DNA from: an archaeon
Lineage (GTDB): Archaea > Iainarchaeota > Iainarchaeia > Iainarchaeales > 1-14-0-10-31-34
Direction: 5' to 3'
Assembly (NCBI GenBank): GCA_043819075.1
Contig: JBDRFE010000002.1
Location: 66,253-130,252 of the forward strand
Length of the DNA stretch: 64,000 nt
The translations under genes were made by a program, and so were the position numbers. The notes beneath the pieces are model-generated. The model saw only the letters and a program-made list of their open reading frames with translations, was not told where the DNA came from and searched no databases. Position 1 is the first letter of the stretch. Each line of letters begins with the position of its first letter. Shown here piece after piece: positions 36,928 to 45,891 of this stretch.

Positions 36928-38292
36928 TTACATTACGAGAGTTTTTATTTCTGGTGTTTCCTCTAGTTTTCCTTTTTTTACTCCGACAACATATTTCACT
37001 GAATGGTTTTTTGCTTCATCTAATAGCCTTTTGGTTATTATTCCGTCTAATACAATGGATTCAACTTGTTTTTGTGTTTTTAGCTCTGGAATTAATTCCC
37101 TTATTTTTGTTCTTTTTATTTCACGGCCTTTTTCATCCATTAAAACTGCTTCCATTTTTCCTTTAACTGAATCCATTATTGGATTAAATTTTGTTTTTTC
37201 TTCTTCTGTTGCTGGAAGTGAAAGAATCGGCCTAATTGGATTTTCGTCTGAAAACCTGTTCCTTGGACTGAATGGCCTGATGCTTCTTGAATCAAATGGC
37301 CTTGGCCTTTGTGAATCAAATGTTCTTGGTGAATCAAATTCTCTTGGCCTTTCAAATCCTCTGTTTAATGGTCTTGGAGTTGGGCTAAAGTTATTGCTTC
37401 TCATTTCAGTTCTTGGCCTGAAAGAAGAAGAAAATTTTGGCGGAAAGCTTCTTGGCTTCAAAAAAGTCTGTTTTCTTGCAATGTCTTTTGCCGGAATCCT
37501 TTTCCTTAAAGCCATTGTGATTTCTTTTTTTTGGAGTTCTTCAACTTCTTTTCCGTCCGGAGCTCTTGCAAGAAAATCTATTTTAGCTGAATCCATTAAC
37601 TGTCTTTGGATTAGTTCTCCGCCTCTGTCGCCGTCAGAAAACATTGTGACTGTTTTTCTTTTGCATAATTCTGGAATTGATTCAGGTATTTTTGAGCCAT
37701 TCATTCCTACAACATTTTTTACTCCGTTCCTTAAAAGGTTTAATACGTCTGCTCTTCCTTCAACTAAAATTATTTCTTCTTCTTTTTCTATGTCTGGTCC
37801 TGCGGGAAGCCTTTCAGGTCCCCATGCCTTGATTTCTGATATTCTGGCTGATTCTCTTACTTCTTCTGACATCTCGCCTGAACCAGTGCTTTCCTGCAAA
37901 AATTTTCCTAATAATTCTTTTGCTCTTTTTTTTATTTCTTCTCTTTTGTTTGTCCTAGTGTCCTCTATTTGTTCTACTGCAAACTTTGATTCATATGGGC
38001 CTACTTTTTCAATTGATTCAACTGCTGCTGCAAGAATTGATGTCTGCACCATGTCAAGAGATGAAGGCACAATTAATGAGCCGACGGTTTTTCCGTTTTC
38101 GGGGGACGGAAAAATATCTATTCTGCCGATTTTCCCGTTTTTTTGGAGTTCCCTTAAGTCAAGGTCTTCTCCGATTAAGCCTTCGCTTTGGCCGAATACT
38201 GCACCGATTATGTCGTGTTTGTCTACCAGGCCCTGTATTTCAAATTTTGCTTTGATGTTGTATTTTACTGTGTTAATGTAAGTTTTTCCCAT
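36928..38292 (-). CDS. dnaG: Archaeal DnaG-type primase (TOPRIM) with an internal RPxFDS repeat insert
   Basis: TOPRIM motifs (ILVEGRADVLNLLRNG, TVTMFSDGDRGGELI); low-complexity repeats FERPREFDSPRTFDSQRPRPFDSRSIRPFSPRNRF. Confidence 0.8.
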   Translation of the reverse strand: MGKTYINTVKYNIKAKFEIQGLVDKHDIIGAVFGQSEGLIGEDLDLRELQKNGKIGRIDIFPSPENGKTVGSLIVPSSLDMVQTSILAAAVESIEKVGPYESKFAVEQIEDTRTNKREEIKKRAKELLGKFLQESTGSGEMSEEVRESARISEIKAWGPERLPAGPDIEKEEEIILVEGRADVLNLLRNGVKNVVGMNGSKIPESIPELCKRKTVTMFSDGDRGGELIQRQLMDSAKIDFLARAPDGKEVEELQKKEITMALRKRIPAKDIARKQTFLKPRSFPPKFSSSFRPRTEMRSNNFSPTPRPLNRGFERPREFDSPRTFDSQRPRPFDSRSIRPFSPRNRFSDENPIRPILSLPATEEEKTKFNPIMDSVKGKMEAVLMDEKGREIKRTKIRELIPELKTQKQVESIVLDGIITKRLLDEAKNHSVKYVVGVKKGKLEETPEIKTLVM

Positions 38293-38384
38293 TAAATAAT
38301 CACCTTTTTATAATTTTGTTTTTTTTAATTTCAGTATGGCCTTGTGCCATACTTTTTGTTACACCTTTTGGAAAAGGTGTAGAA

Positions 38385-38657
38385 TCAGAGTTTCTTGTTT
38401 TTTTCTATTAACTTAATGATTTCTTTTCTTGTTTTGTTTTCAATCATTAATTTCTTGTTTTTTGATTTTAGTCCTTGAATTATTTTTACTTCGGTTTCAA
38501 GAATTTTTTTTAATTCTTTTTCCAACTCTTTGTTTGCTTTGCCTTGAATAGGTTTTTCTTTTGTTTTTATTTCAAGGATGTTATTCCATTCATTGAAACC
38601 CAGGACTTCAAATTTTTTTGAGCCAGGCTTTACATGAACGTCAATTATTTCTTTCAT
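38385..38657 (-). CDS. DUF167/YggU-family protein
   Basis: IDVHVKPGSKKFEVLGFNEW...KEKPIQGKANKEL matches the UPF0235 pattern. Confidence 0.6.
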   Translation of the reverse strand: MKEIIDVHVKPGSKKFEVLGFNEWNNILEIKTKEKPIQGKANKELEKELKKILETEVKIIQGLKSKNKKLMIENKTRKEIIKLIEKNKKL

Positions 38658-38790
38658 TTAAAACTTTTAATTTTAATAATGAATTAAATTTTAATTAAAA
38701 AACTCTAATTCTGTTAAAGATTTAATAAAACAAACGCATATAAATTATTATGTTTAAATCCGCTTTTTGCGGAAAGAACAGGGTTTTTTT

Positions 38791-39195
38791 ATGGCTCACT
38801 ACAATAAAGGCGCTAACGCTGAAAGAGAATTGCTCAGAATAATCTATAATAATGGTTTTGGGTGTGTGAGGATTGCTGGTTCTGGTGCAACAATTTTGCC
38901 TGCCCCTGATATTGTTGCTTTGAGCCCTGAAAAAAAGCTTTCTTTTGAGTGCAAGGCATGGAATTCCAACTACTTGAATGTTTCTATTGAGCAAATGACT
39001 GAATTGATTAAATGGGGTGAGATTTCCGGCACAGAAGTTTTTGTTGCCTGGAAGATTCCCCAAAAAGGCTGGTTTTTTTTGAAGCCAGATGATTTTGCAA
39101 AAAAACCAAAATCTTATGCTATTTCAAAAAAAGATGCTTTTAGGAAATCACAAAACCTTAATGTAATTCTTGGAAAACAGGCCGTATTAAAATAA
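38791..39195 (+). CDS. hjc: Holliday junction resolvase Hjc
   Basis: KGANAERELLRIIYNNGFGCVRIAGSG...PDIVAL...ECK matches the archaeal Hjc catalytic core; the ORF track starts at TTG 38767, the likely ATG is at 38791. Confidence 0.75.
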   Translation: MAHYNKGANAERELLRIIYNNGFGCVRIAGSGATILPAPDIVALSPEKKLSFECKAWNSNYLNVSIEQMTELIKWGEISGTEVFVAWKIPQKGWFFLKPDDFAKKPKSYAISKKDAFRKSQNLNVILGKQAVLK

Positions 39196-39250
39196 ACTTT
39201 TTTTTAGATAGAATTAAATACATCCAATACAACTAATATTTGGGGTAGTT

Positions 39251-39745
39251 ATGCCAGCATTGAAAATCGTTAAAAAAATTGGTACTAACTTAAAAGCAGC
39301 TGTAAGAAGATCTGGTAGAAGCCGCAGAAAACGCAGAGTTGTAAAAGCACGTAAATTTGCATTAAAGTCTAATGCAGATTGGTTATCGTGGGCCTGCGAT
39401 CCTGAAAATCGTAGTTGGTTTTTTAAAGAAGTTAATGATGTGTTGTCTGCTTTTAGAACAATAGAAAAAACAGCAAGGAAACCGCTTTCACAGACTTCTC
39501 ATGTAAGACCATTAAGAAGAAGATTGCTTCCGAAAGTAATTACTGAAATCGACCGTTTTAGCAAGGCTTTTGATTCATTGGCTCTGAAAAAAGCAACTCC
39601 AGATTTAGAAGATTTAGAAGATTTTCCATATGGCATGGGGTCAGCTTCTCTTAAGGAAGGGGCAAAAGCGCTTCTGAAAATAGTTCAGGCTATTGACCAG
39701 AAAAAAGCAGCAGAGTACAAAACACATGCTATTTTTAGGAAATAA
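39251..39745 (+). CDS. Hypothetical basic protein (atypical codon usage)
   Basis: Arg/Lys-rich N-terminus (RRSGRSRRKRRVVKARK); uses CGT/CGC Arg codons, unlike neighbouring genes (AGA/AGG). Confidence 0.45.
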   Translation: MPALKIVKKIGTNLKAAVRRSGRSRRKRRVVKARKFALKSNADWLSWACDPENRSWFFKEVNDVLSAFRTIEKTARKPLSQTSHVRPLRRRLLPKVITEIDRFSKAFDSLALKKATPDLEDLEDFPYGMGSASLKEGAKALLKIVQAIDQKKAAEYKTHAIFRK

Positions 39746-39891
39746 ATTCCCTTGCTTTTAGTTGAATTTTTAACCAACTTTTTTTAGGGTTCTGTCAAGA
39801 ACTCAGTTGATTTCTTGGTTTTTGGTATTTTTGTTAAGTGGCAGTTGATTTTGCAAAGTTTTATAAATAATAAATTCACATTATTTATTTA

Positions 39892-40302
39892 ATGACAAGA
39901 AAAAATAGTTTTAACAGATTTTCTTCGGGCACGAGAAAACACTTGCGTCGTATTAAAGCAACTCCAACTCAACGTGCAAAGGCTCGTGAGCAAGAGTTAA
40001 GAAAACGATTTTTAAAAGTGGTGCAAAACGGCCAAGTTCGTTTTAAAGATGTGGAACAAGTAATCAAACTTAAGCTTAATGGTGTGAAAAGCCCTGCTTT
40101 TAAACGAAAAATTTTAACGCAACTTTTTATGGAATATACCAAATACATGTATAAATTAGGGCGAGATGTAGCTAAGGCAAAAAGAGCATTGGATGCTGGC
40201 AATGGAACACTTGGTAATCTTCAAACATTAGCTGGGTTAGAGATTGCCGCCAGAAAAGCAAAAAATAAAATTGGGCAAAGAATAGATTATTTAAAGAAAT
40301 GA
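39892..40302 (+). CDS. Hypothetical basic protein (atypical codon usage)
   Basis: 136 aa, pI clearly basic, CGT-type Arg codons; not recognised. Confidence 0.45.
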   Translation: MTRKNSFNRFSSGTRKHLRRIKATPTQRAKAREQELRKRFLKVVQNGQVRFKDVEQVIKLKLNGVKSPAFKRKILTQLFMEYTKYMYKLGRDVAKAKRALDAGNGTLGNLQTLAGLEIAARKAKNKIGQRIDYLKK

Positions 40303-40797
40303 TAAAAGAACAAGTTTCAACTCATTGCTTTTTCTGCAACAGCTTTTTTTATTAAGCTTATTCATTTGTTTTTTCCTAACTCTAATTTTATTCCTGTTTT
40401 TTGGGATGGAGTTAGCCATAAGGCTTGGTTTGGGTGGATGAAATTATGTTATGTGCGGTAATCTCTTGTGTGTTTTAAGGATATTGAAAGAATTTTAGCA
40501 TAAAAACACTTTGTTTTTTTAGTTGAATCTTTGCTTTTTTTTCCTGAAAAGCATTGATTTAAAAGCACTTTTTTACCTAATTTTTAGTGCTGTTTTGCGA
40601 ATGAATGTGATTTTTTTAAAGTGGTTTGAATGCAGGTTTTAATGGAAGAATTAATCAGTAAAATTGACTTTTTGTCAAGCAAAGAAAAAGGCATTCGAAA
40701 CAAGATTTTATTGGAAAAAGCTAAAACTAACCTGCAGGAATACAATAAAACAAAAAACCAGATACTGGAATAGTTTTTTTTGTTTACTTTTTTTTTT

Positions 40798-41490
40798 TTA
40801 AGTCTTTGACGCCATGAATAACAGCGCCAGAGCAACCATTATCATTCCAAAAAATATTCCTACTGTCCCTAAATCTGTTACCCCATAAGAGACATTAGAA
40901 AAAGCAAAGTATACTGCCAGAAAACCGAATATTACCCCTGAACCAATCAAAGTAAACCTTAATAACTGTAATTTTTTTGCTGTTCCTTTTAACCTTAATT
41001 CAGTTAAATCCAATTGAGCCATGTCAACTTTTTCATCTATCTGTACAGTTGAATCCTTTATTTTTTGTAGTACTCCGGTTAAAGCCATTATGTTTGAGTT
41101 AACTTTTGTCTGAAAAATGTTTATTTTGCTTAAAAGCATGTCTTTGAATCCTTCTACTTCTTTGTTTGTTTTCTGCTTGTATGAATCCAAGTCATTGCTC
41201 ATTTCCCTCATTAAGTCCTGTGAAATCTTTTTTTCCTCTATTTCGCTTTGAGTTTTAATGTATTTTTTAATCCAAGGCTCTTCTGCCAGCAAATCCTGTC
41301 TTACAATTTTTTTTATTTCTGCTTTAAGCAAGTCAAATGTGTCTGCTTCTGCCAGCAATAAAAGCCTTTTGGCTTGTTCTTCGCTTATCCCTAGTACTTT
41401 TAATTCAGAGACTATTTTTTTTTCGCTTTTGCCTTCTCTGACCATTTTAGAGATTGTTTCTATAATGCTTGCTTCTCTTTGTTCTGGCAT
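40798..41490 (-). CDS. Hypothetical protein: conserved N-terminal ~60-aa domain plus coiled coil plus C-terminal TM helices
   Basis: N-terminal domain ~55% identical to the adjacent gene (IIETISKMVREGKSEKKIVSELKVLGISEEQAKRLLLLAEADTFDLLKAEIKKIV). Confidence 0.5.
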   Translation of the reverse strand: MPEQREASIIETISKMVREGKSEKKIVSELKVLGISEEQAKRLLLLAEADTFDLLKAEIKKIVRQDLLAEEPWIKKYIKTQSEIEEKKISQDLMREMSNDLDSYKQKTNKEVEGFKDMLLSKINIFQTKVNSNIMALTGVLQKIKDSTVQIDEKVDMAQLDLTELRLKGTAKKLQLLRFTLIGSGVIFGFLAVYFAFSNVSYGVTDLGTVGIFFGMIMVALALLFMASKT

Positions 41491-41498
41491 TATTCCAC

Positions 41499-41984
41499 CT
41501 ATAATTTTACCTCTTTAATGTGGCTTTTCTTTTTTTCTTTTTTTATCTGCTCTGATTCAAAATCATATCTTATTCCGTGAGTTGTTTCTGGGTTGCTTAA
41601 TAATTTCATTAATTCCTGCATTTTTTCTTTCTTTTTTTCGGTTTTTTCTTCGTCTTTCATTTTTCCTTCAATTACTTCCCTTAACTCGATTATTTTTTTT
41701 GAAAAAGAATCCTCTACTTTTTTTTCTTCTTCTCTTACAATTTCCACTATGAGTTTCCTGAACAAGTCTTCTTCTTTCTGCATGTCTTCTTTCACTATTT
41801 TCCTGATTTCGTTTTTTAGCAGGGCAAAAGTGTCTGCTTCACCTAATAAAAGCAGTTTTCTTGCCTGGTCTTCTTTTATTCCCAAAGACTTTAATTCGGT
41901 CAGTATTTCTTTTTGCGGCCTGCCTTCTTTGACCATTTTCTCTATTATTTCTATAATGCTTTTTTCTGTTCCCTTTAATTTCAT
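41499..41984 (-). CDS. Hypothetical protein, paralog of 40798-41490 (same N-terminal domain, no TM helices)
   Basis: IIEIIEKMVKEGRPQKEILTELKSLGIKEDQARKLLLLGEADTFALLKNEIRKIV. Confidence 0.5.
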   Translation of the reverse strand: MKLKGTEKSIIEIIEKMVKEGRPQKEILTELKSLGIKEDQARKLLLLGEADTFALLKNEIRKIVKEDMQKEEDLFRKLIVEIVREEEKKVEDSFSKKIIELREVIEGKMKDEEKTEKKKEKMQELMKLLSNPETTHGIRYDFESEQIKKEKKKSHIKEVKL

Positions 41985-42059
41985 TTTCTCACGAATATAA
42001 AAGTGCTTTTATATTAATAAATATTGGTGCCTTTAAAAAAATCAAGGAAAGTTCCTGCT

Positions 42060-42716
42060 TTATGGTTCAGCAGGAACAATGTCTTCGTCAAAAATTTTTT
42101 CTTGCGGAATCACAAAAACCGAGTCATTCACTGAATTCACTTTAATGTTCTTTAATTCCATTGAAATTTTCCCTGCATCTGTTGTGCTTTCGAGTTTCAC
42201 AGGAATGCCGTATTCATCTGAAATCCATGCTTTTGTCTGCAATGGGGTTGAGCCTTCTTCAGAGTAACTGAATTCAATTATTGTTGCCTGTAATCCGTTT
42301 ATTTCTTCTTTTCCTAGTTCTTTCATTGAAACATCTTTTAGTGCCTGTTCAGCTATTGCCTTGAAATCTATTGCACTTGTGTCTGTCGTGGTTTCAGTTT
42401 TATAATAAATGTCTTCTTCTTGGCTGTAATTAAAAGAGTTTGTTCCGTCAAAAATTATTTCAGATTTAAAGCCCATATACTCTGAACTCATTTTGTATTT
42501 ATTGCCTTTCTGCCATACCTGAATTGTTGCAGGCAGTTCTGTTCCGTCCAATGAAAACATTACAGTGTATTCAATGTTGTTGATGTTTTTTGCTTTTGCA
42601 AGAATTTCCTGAATTGTTTGAGCTGAAACTTTTCCTTTTGTTTCAGGCTGCTGAATGCATCCTGCTAAAACAGCCAGTAAAAAAATAACCAGAATTAAAG
42701 CAAGTGTTTTTTTCAT
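42060..42716 (-). CDS. Secreted lipoprotein (hypothetical)
   Basis: Signal peptide with lipobox LAGC, then a beta-rich domain. Confidence 0.55.
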   Translation of the reverse strand: MKKTLALILVIFLLAVLAGCIQQPETKGKVSAQTIQEILAKAKNINNIEYTVMFSLDGTELPATIQVWQKGNKYKMSSEYMGFKSEIIFDGTNSFNYSQEEDIYYKTETTTDTSAIDFKAIAEQALKDVSMKELGKEEINGLQATIIEFSYSEEGSTPLQTKAWISDEYGIPVKLESTTDAGKISMELKNIKVNSVNDSVFVIPQEKIFDEDIVPAEP

Positions 42717-42765
42717 TTAATGCCTCCTTTAACTTCTTAATTAAAGCCCTGATTTCCTTAAAAAA

Positions 42766-43515
42766 TCATGCCCGTATTTTTCCTTTCTGCCAGTCCAGCA
42801 ATAACTGTTTTGATACAGCGTTTAAGTCAGGAATTCCTCCTTTCATTAAGCGTTTTTTCTTTAATGCAATTTCTTCAAGAATTTTTTCCGAGTCATTTAA
42901 TTCTTTTGCCCCAAGCCTTAACAGTTCTTTCGGGTTTTTTTCTTTCAAAAACTCAATTAATTTTATTGCAGCATCTTCCGGATACTCCAATTTTGACGGG
43001 TTTTTTGCTCCAATCAAAACCAGTTCATTTTCGTTTCTTTCCTCAAACGGAATTATTCCAGGTGAATCAATTAACTTGAATTTTCCTGCATTGACTATCT
43101 GCTGGCCTCTGGTTAATCCTGCTGTAATTGAAACCCTCATTTTTTTCCTGCTTAAAGCATTTATTACACTGCTTTTCCCTGTGTTCGGATACCCTATTAC
43201 GCCGACAACATTTCCCTTGTTTTTTGTTTTAATCAGGACAAGCTTTTTTAATTTCATTATCCCTTTTTTTTGCGTTGAAGAAATGAATGCACAGGGAAAT
43301 TCTTTTGAAAGCTCTTTTTTTGTTTTTAATGCATTGTTTTTTGAAACCAAATCGCTTTTATTTAATGCAACAATTAATTGTTTTCCTTTTGCTTTCACCT
43401 GTTTTTCTATTATTTTGTTCCTTGTTTTTTCCGGAAACCTTGCATCCACTACTTCAATTAATACATCAGAATTATCTATTATCCAGTAAACCCTGTCAAA
43501 AAAGCCTTTTTTCAT
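42766..43515 (-). CDS. Circularly permuted GTPase (YlqF/RbgA-like ribosome biogenesis GTPase)
   Basis: G4 (ALNKSDL) precedes G1 (GYPNTGKSS) and G3 (DSPGI): cpGTPase order. Confidence 0.75.
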   Translation of the reverse strand: MKKGFFDRVYWIIDNSDVLIEVVDARFPEKTRNKIIEKQVKAKGKQLIVALNKSDLVSKNNALKTKKELSKEFPCAFISSTQKKGIMKLKKLVLIKTKNKGNVVGVIGYPNTGKSSVINALSRKKMRVSITAGLTRGQQIVNAGKFKLIDSPGIIPFEERNENELVLIGAKNPSKLEYPEDAAIKLIEFLKEKNPKELLRLGAKELNDSEKILEEIALKKKRLMKGGIPDLNAVSKQLLLDWQKGKIRA

Positions 43516-43597
43516 TTAAACCAAAAATACTCTATCTGAATGTAATTAAATAACTTTTATTAACTTTTAACTCTTATTTTCTGTATTAAGTGGTTTT

Positions 43598-43915
43598 ATG
43601 GTTGTGCCAAGAACTTCAAGAACAAGGCCTTTAATCCGCAAGTTTCCAAAAGGAAGCCCAAGATTCAGGGGAAAACAGAATGCTGGCAGTTTATCAAAAA
43701 AACTGTTCACAAAAAAATTTGGTCCTTTAGCTGAAGTAAATCCTGCTATCTTAAGCACTTTAACAGATCTTGCGCAGAGAAATCAAAGGCTGAAAAGGCA
43801 AGGGTTTGATTTGCATTTCAGTGTTTTGCGGGGCAGGCCAATCAACAGACGCGCTTTGAACAGGCTGTGGAAAACCTATCTTTTTTTGAGAAAAAACGGG
43901 TTGAAAACAAAATAA
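43598..43915 (+). CDS. Hypothetical basic protein (low confidence; lies in a 400-bp gap between two minus-strand genes)
   Basis: 105-aa Arg/Lys-rich ORF; no recognised family. Confidence 0.3.
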   Translation: MVVPRTSRTRPLIRKFPKGSPRFRGKQNAGSLSKKLFTKKFGPLAEVNPAILSTLTDLAQRNQRLKRQGFDLHFSVLRGRPINRRALNRLWKTYLFLRKNGLKTK

Positions 43916-43930
43916 GTTTTTTTATAAAAA

Positions 43931-44281
43931 TTAAAGCAGTTTAAGTTTTCCGGTGAACTTATCTAAAATGTTTTCCGGCGCAGGGCCTAATCCGATACAG
44001 GTAATGCTTCCGGGTTCTATTTGAGTCCTTCCTGCATCTTTTATCAGCGCGGCAGGAACTTCTTTTTTTGCTTTCTCAAATAATTCAAGCAATTCTTTTT
44101 CTGATTCAACTTTTAATACAACTTTTTGTGTTCCTGTTTCCCTCCAGTTTTCAACCCATTCAGGAAACTTTGTTCTTGTTTTTTCTAATGCTTCAACAGA
44201 GGCATGAGAGCATTGCGCAGCGGTTTTCCCTTTGCCCATCTTTAAATCAGTTCTAACTATTATTGCCTGCTTGAATTCCAT
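43931..44281 (-). CDS. pth2: Peptidyl-tRNA hydrolase, archaeal Pth2 type
   Basis: KQAIIVRTDLKMGKGKTAAQCSHAS...ITCIGLGP matches Pth2. Confidence 0.85.
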   Translation of the reverse strand: MEFKQAIIVRTDLKMGKGKTAAQCSHASVEALEKTRTKFPEWVENWRETGTQKVVLKVESEKELLELFEKAKKEVPAALIKDAGRTQIEPGSITCIGLGPAPENILDKFTGKLKLL

Positions 44282-44338
44282 GAAAAGAATTAAGCCTTAA
44301 AAGAAATTAAAAACAGATGCCTTGGCTTTTTTTTAAAA

Positions 44339-44428
44339 CTATTTTTTCTTTTTTTTCTTTACCGTTTTTTTTGCCTTAGTTTTTGTTTCTGGCTCGCAAC
44401 AGCATTCACATTCACAATCTGAACCCAT
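44339..44428 (-). CDS. 29-aa Cys-rich peptide (MGSDCECECCCEPETKTKAKKTVKKKKKK), hypothetical
   Basis: ATG-initiated small ORF 10 nt downstream of the 109-aa gene on the same strand; 6 Cys in 7 residues. Confidence 0.3.
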   Translation of the reverse strand: MGSDCECECCCEPETKTKAKKTVKKKKKK

Positions 44429-44438
44429 TTTTATCACC

Positions 44439-44768
44439 TTATGCAACCAATGACTTTAAAGTCAGTTTTTTTGTTACCCCGTTGTTTCCCCATAGTTCTG
44501 CAAAACTCTCTGATTCATCTTTTGCAATCCAAATCTGCCTGTTGGTTGGATGAACATGGCCTTTGTTAGTGTAAGTTATATCGTATTCCACTAAAATCCT
44601 GTCTTTTCCTATCTGAACCAGCTTAAAAACATTTTTTCCGTTGCCGTTTGATTCAAATAAAGCTCCTTCTTCTATTTCAAGCTCTCTTGTCTCGGTTTTT
44701 TTTTGGAAAGGGGGATTCCAGTCTTGTTTTAGTTCTTTTACTTCAATTAATGCCTTCATTTTTACCAC
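44439..44768 (-). CDS. Hypothetical protein
   Basis: 109-aa ORF, not recognised. Confidence 0.45.
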   Translation of the reverse strand: MVKMKALIEVKELKQDWNPPFQKKTETRELEIEEGALFESNGNGKNVFKLVQIGKDRILVEYDITYTNKGHVHPTNRQIWIAKDESESFAELWGNNGVTKKLTLKSLVA

Positions 44769-44827
44769 AAAAAAGAGTATGCGCGTTTAATTAATAATCC
44801 TTTCTCTTTTTGAATTCACGGAAGAAT

Positions 44828-45802
44828 TTAAAAATACTTGATTTTAAGTATTTCAGAGTAAAGGATGAAATCATAGTCTTTGATTATTTCAGAAAATTTT
44901 TCTTTCATTTCTTTTATTATTCCCGTGAACTCTTTGTGAGAGGAAGCAACTAATTCTATTTCAAAGTCTGCAAATCCGATGCTCTGGTCAACATAAATTA
45001 TTCTTTCATGTTCTAATGCAAAGTCAACAAGTTTATTGTATTTTTTCATGTCCTTTAAGTTAAAGTTAACTTTATAGTAATTCAATCCAAATAAGTCAAA
45101 ATTGAATTTTATTCTGAAGCCCTGGATTAAACCCTGTTTTTTCATTTTGTCCAAGGCATATTTTGCCTGAATCGGGGTAATATTGAGTTTTTTTGCGATT
45201 TCGATTGACGGAATCCTTGCATCAGCTGAAATGATTCTCAGGATTTCCCTTTCTTTTTCTGAAATCTTGATTCTTTCTTTTTTTCCTGAAACAATTTTTA
45301 TTCTTTTCTTGTTTTCATGGTTAAGGAAAGCAAGGTTGAACTGGGTTAATTCAGTGTAAACTGAAACATTCATTTTCTGGAACAAATTCCTGTAATTTAG
45401 CATGAATTTTTTCCAGAATTCATTGAATTCAAAAGAATTTTTTGCCCAGATTACAAAACACAAATCGAATTCGCCGCCAATTTTTCCAAGCCACCAGATC
45501 ATTTTGTTTTCGTGCAGGTAATTCATTAATTCGTTTTCCTGTTCAGGGTTAATGTACTGGTACTTTAAATAAACTCTGAACTGTTCAAAGCCAAGCAAAG
45601 AAGTGTCAATTGCAGTGTAATACCCTAAAATGATTTTTTTTTCTTCAAGTTTTTTTATCCTGTAATTCACTGTTCCTGGCTTCAGCCTTGCTTTTTTTGC
45701 CAGCTTGTTAACAGAAATCCTTGAATTCAGGTCAAGCTCAAACAAAATTTCTCTGTCCTTTGAATCCAAGCCGAGTTTAATGAAAACATCATCCAATGCC
45801 AT
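44828..45802 (-). CDS. Tandem Lrp/AsnC-family transcriptional regulator (two HTH_AsnC plus RAM units)
   Basis: Two repeats of an HTH (DREILFELDLNSRISVNKLAKKARL / EREILRIISADARIPSIEIAKKLNI) each followed by a RAM-like domain. Confidence 0.65.
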   Translation of the reverse strand: MALDDVFIKLGLDSKDREILFELDLNSRISVNKLAKKARLKPGTVNYRIKKLEEKKIILGYYTAIDTSLLGFEQFRVYLKYQYINPEQENELMNYLHENKMIWWLGKIGGEFDLCFVIWAKNSFEFNEFWKKFMLNYRNLFQKMNVSVYTELTQFNLAFLNHENKKRIKIVSGKKERIKISEKEREILRIISADARIPSIEIAKKLNITPIQAKYALDKMKKQGLIQGFRIKFNFDLFGLNYYKVNFNLKDMKKYNKLVDFALEHERIIYVDQSIGFADFEIELVASSHKEFTGIIKEMKEKFSEIIKDYDFILYSEILKIKYF

Positions 45803-45891
45803 GTTTAATCAAAACAATAAAAACAATTAAAATATTATCTTTTTGATTAAAAATCTGTTAAAAACTTTTAATAGGCTGATAATGTTAAGTT

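Noticed and set aside
43560-43930. The 400-bp gap between the GTPase and pth2 as a structured RNA (RNase P RNA or SRP RNA) instead of the 105-aa basic ORF
   Set aside because: GC content is only moderate (~40%) compared with ~58% for the tRNAs and GC elements. I could not find the conserved P4/CR-I (AGGAAAGTCC) or SRP helix-8 motifs. Left as a low-confidence CDS.
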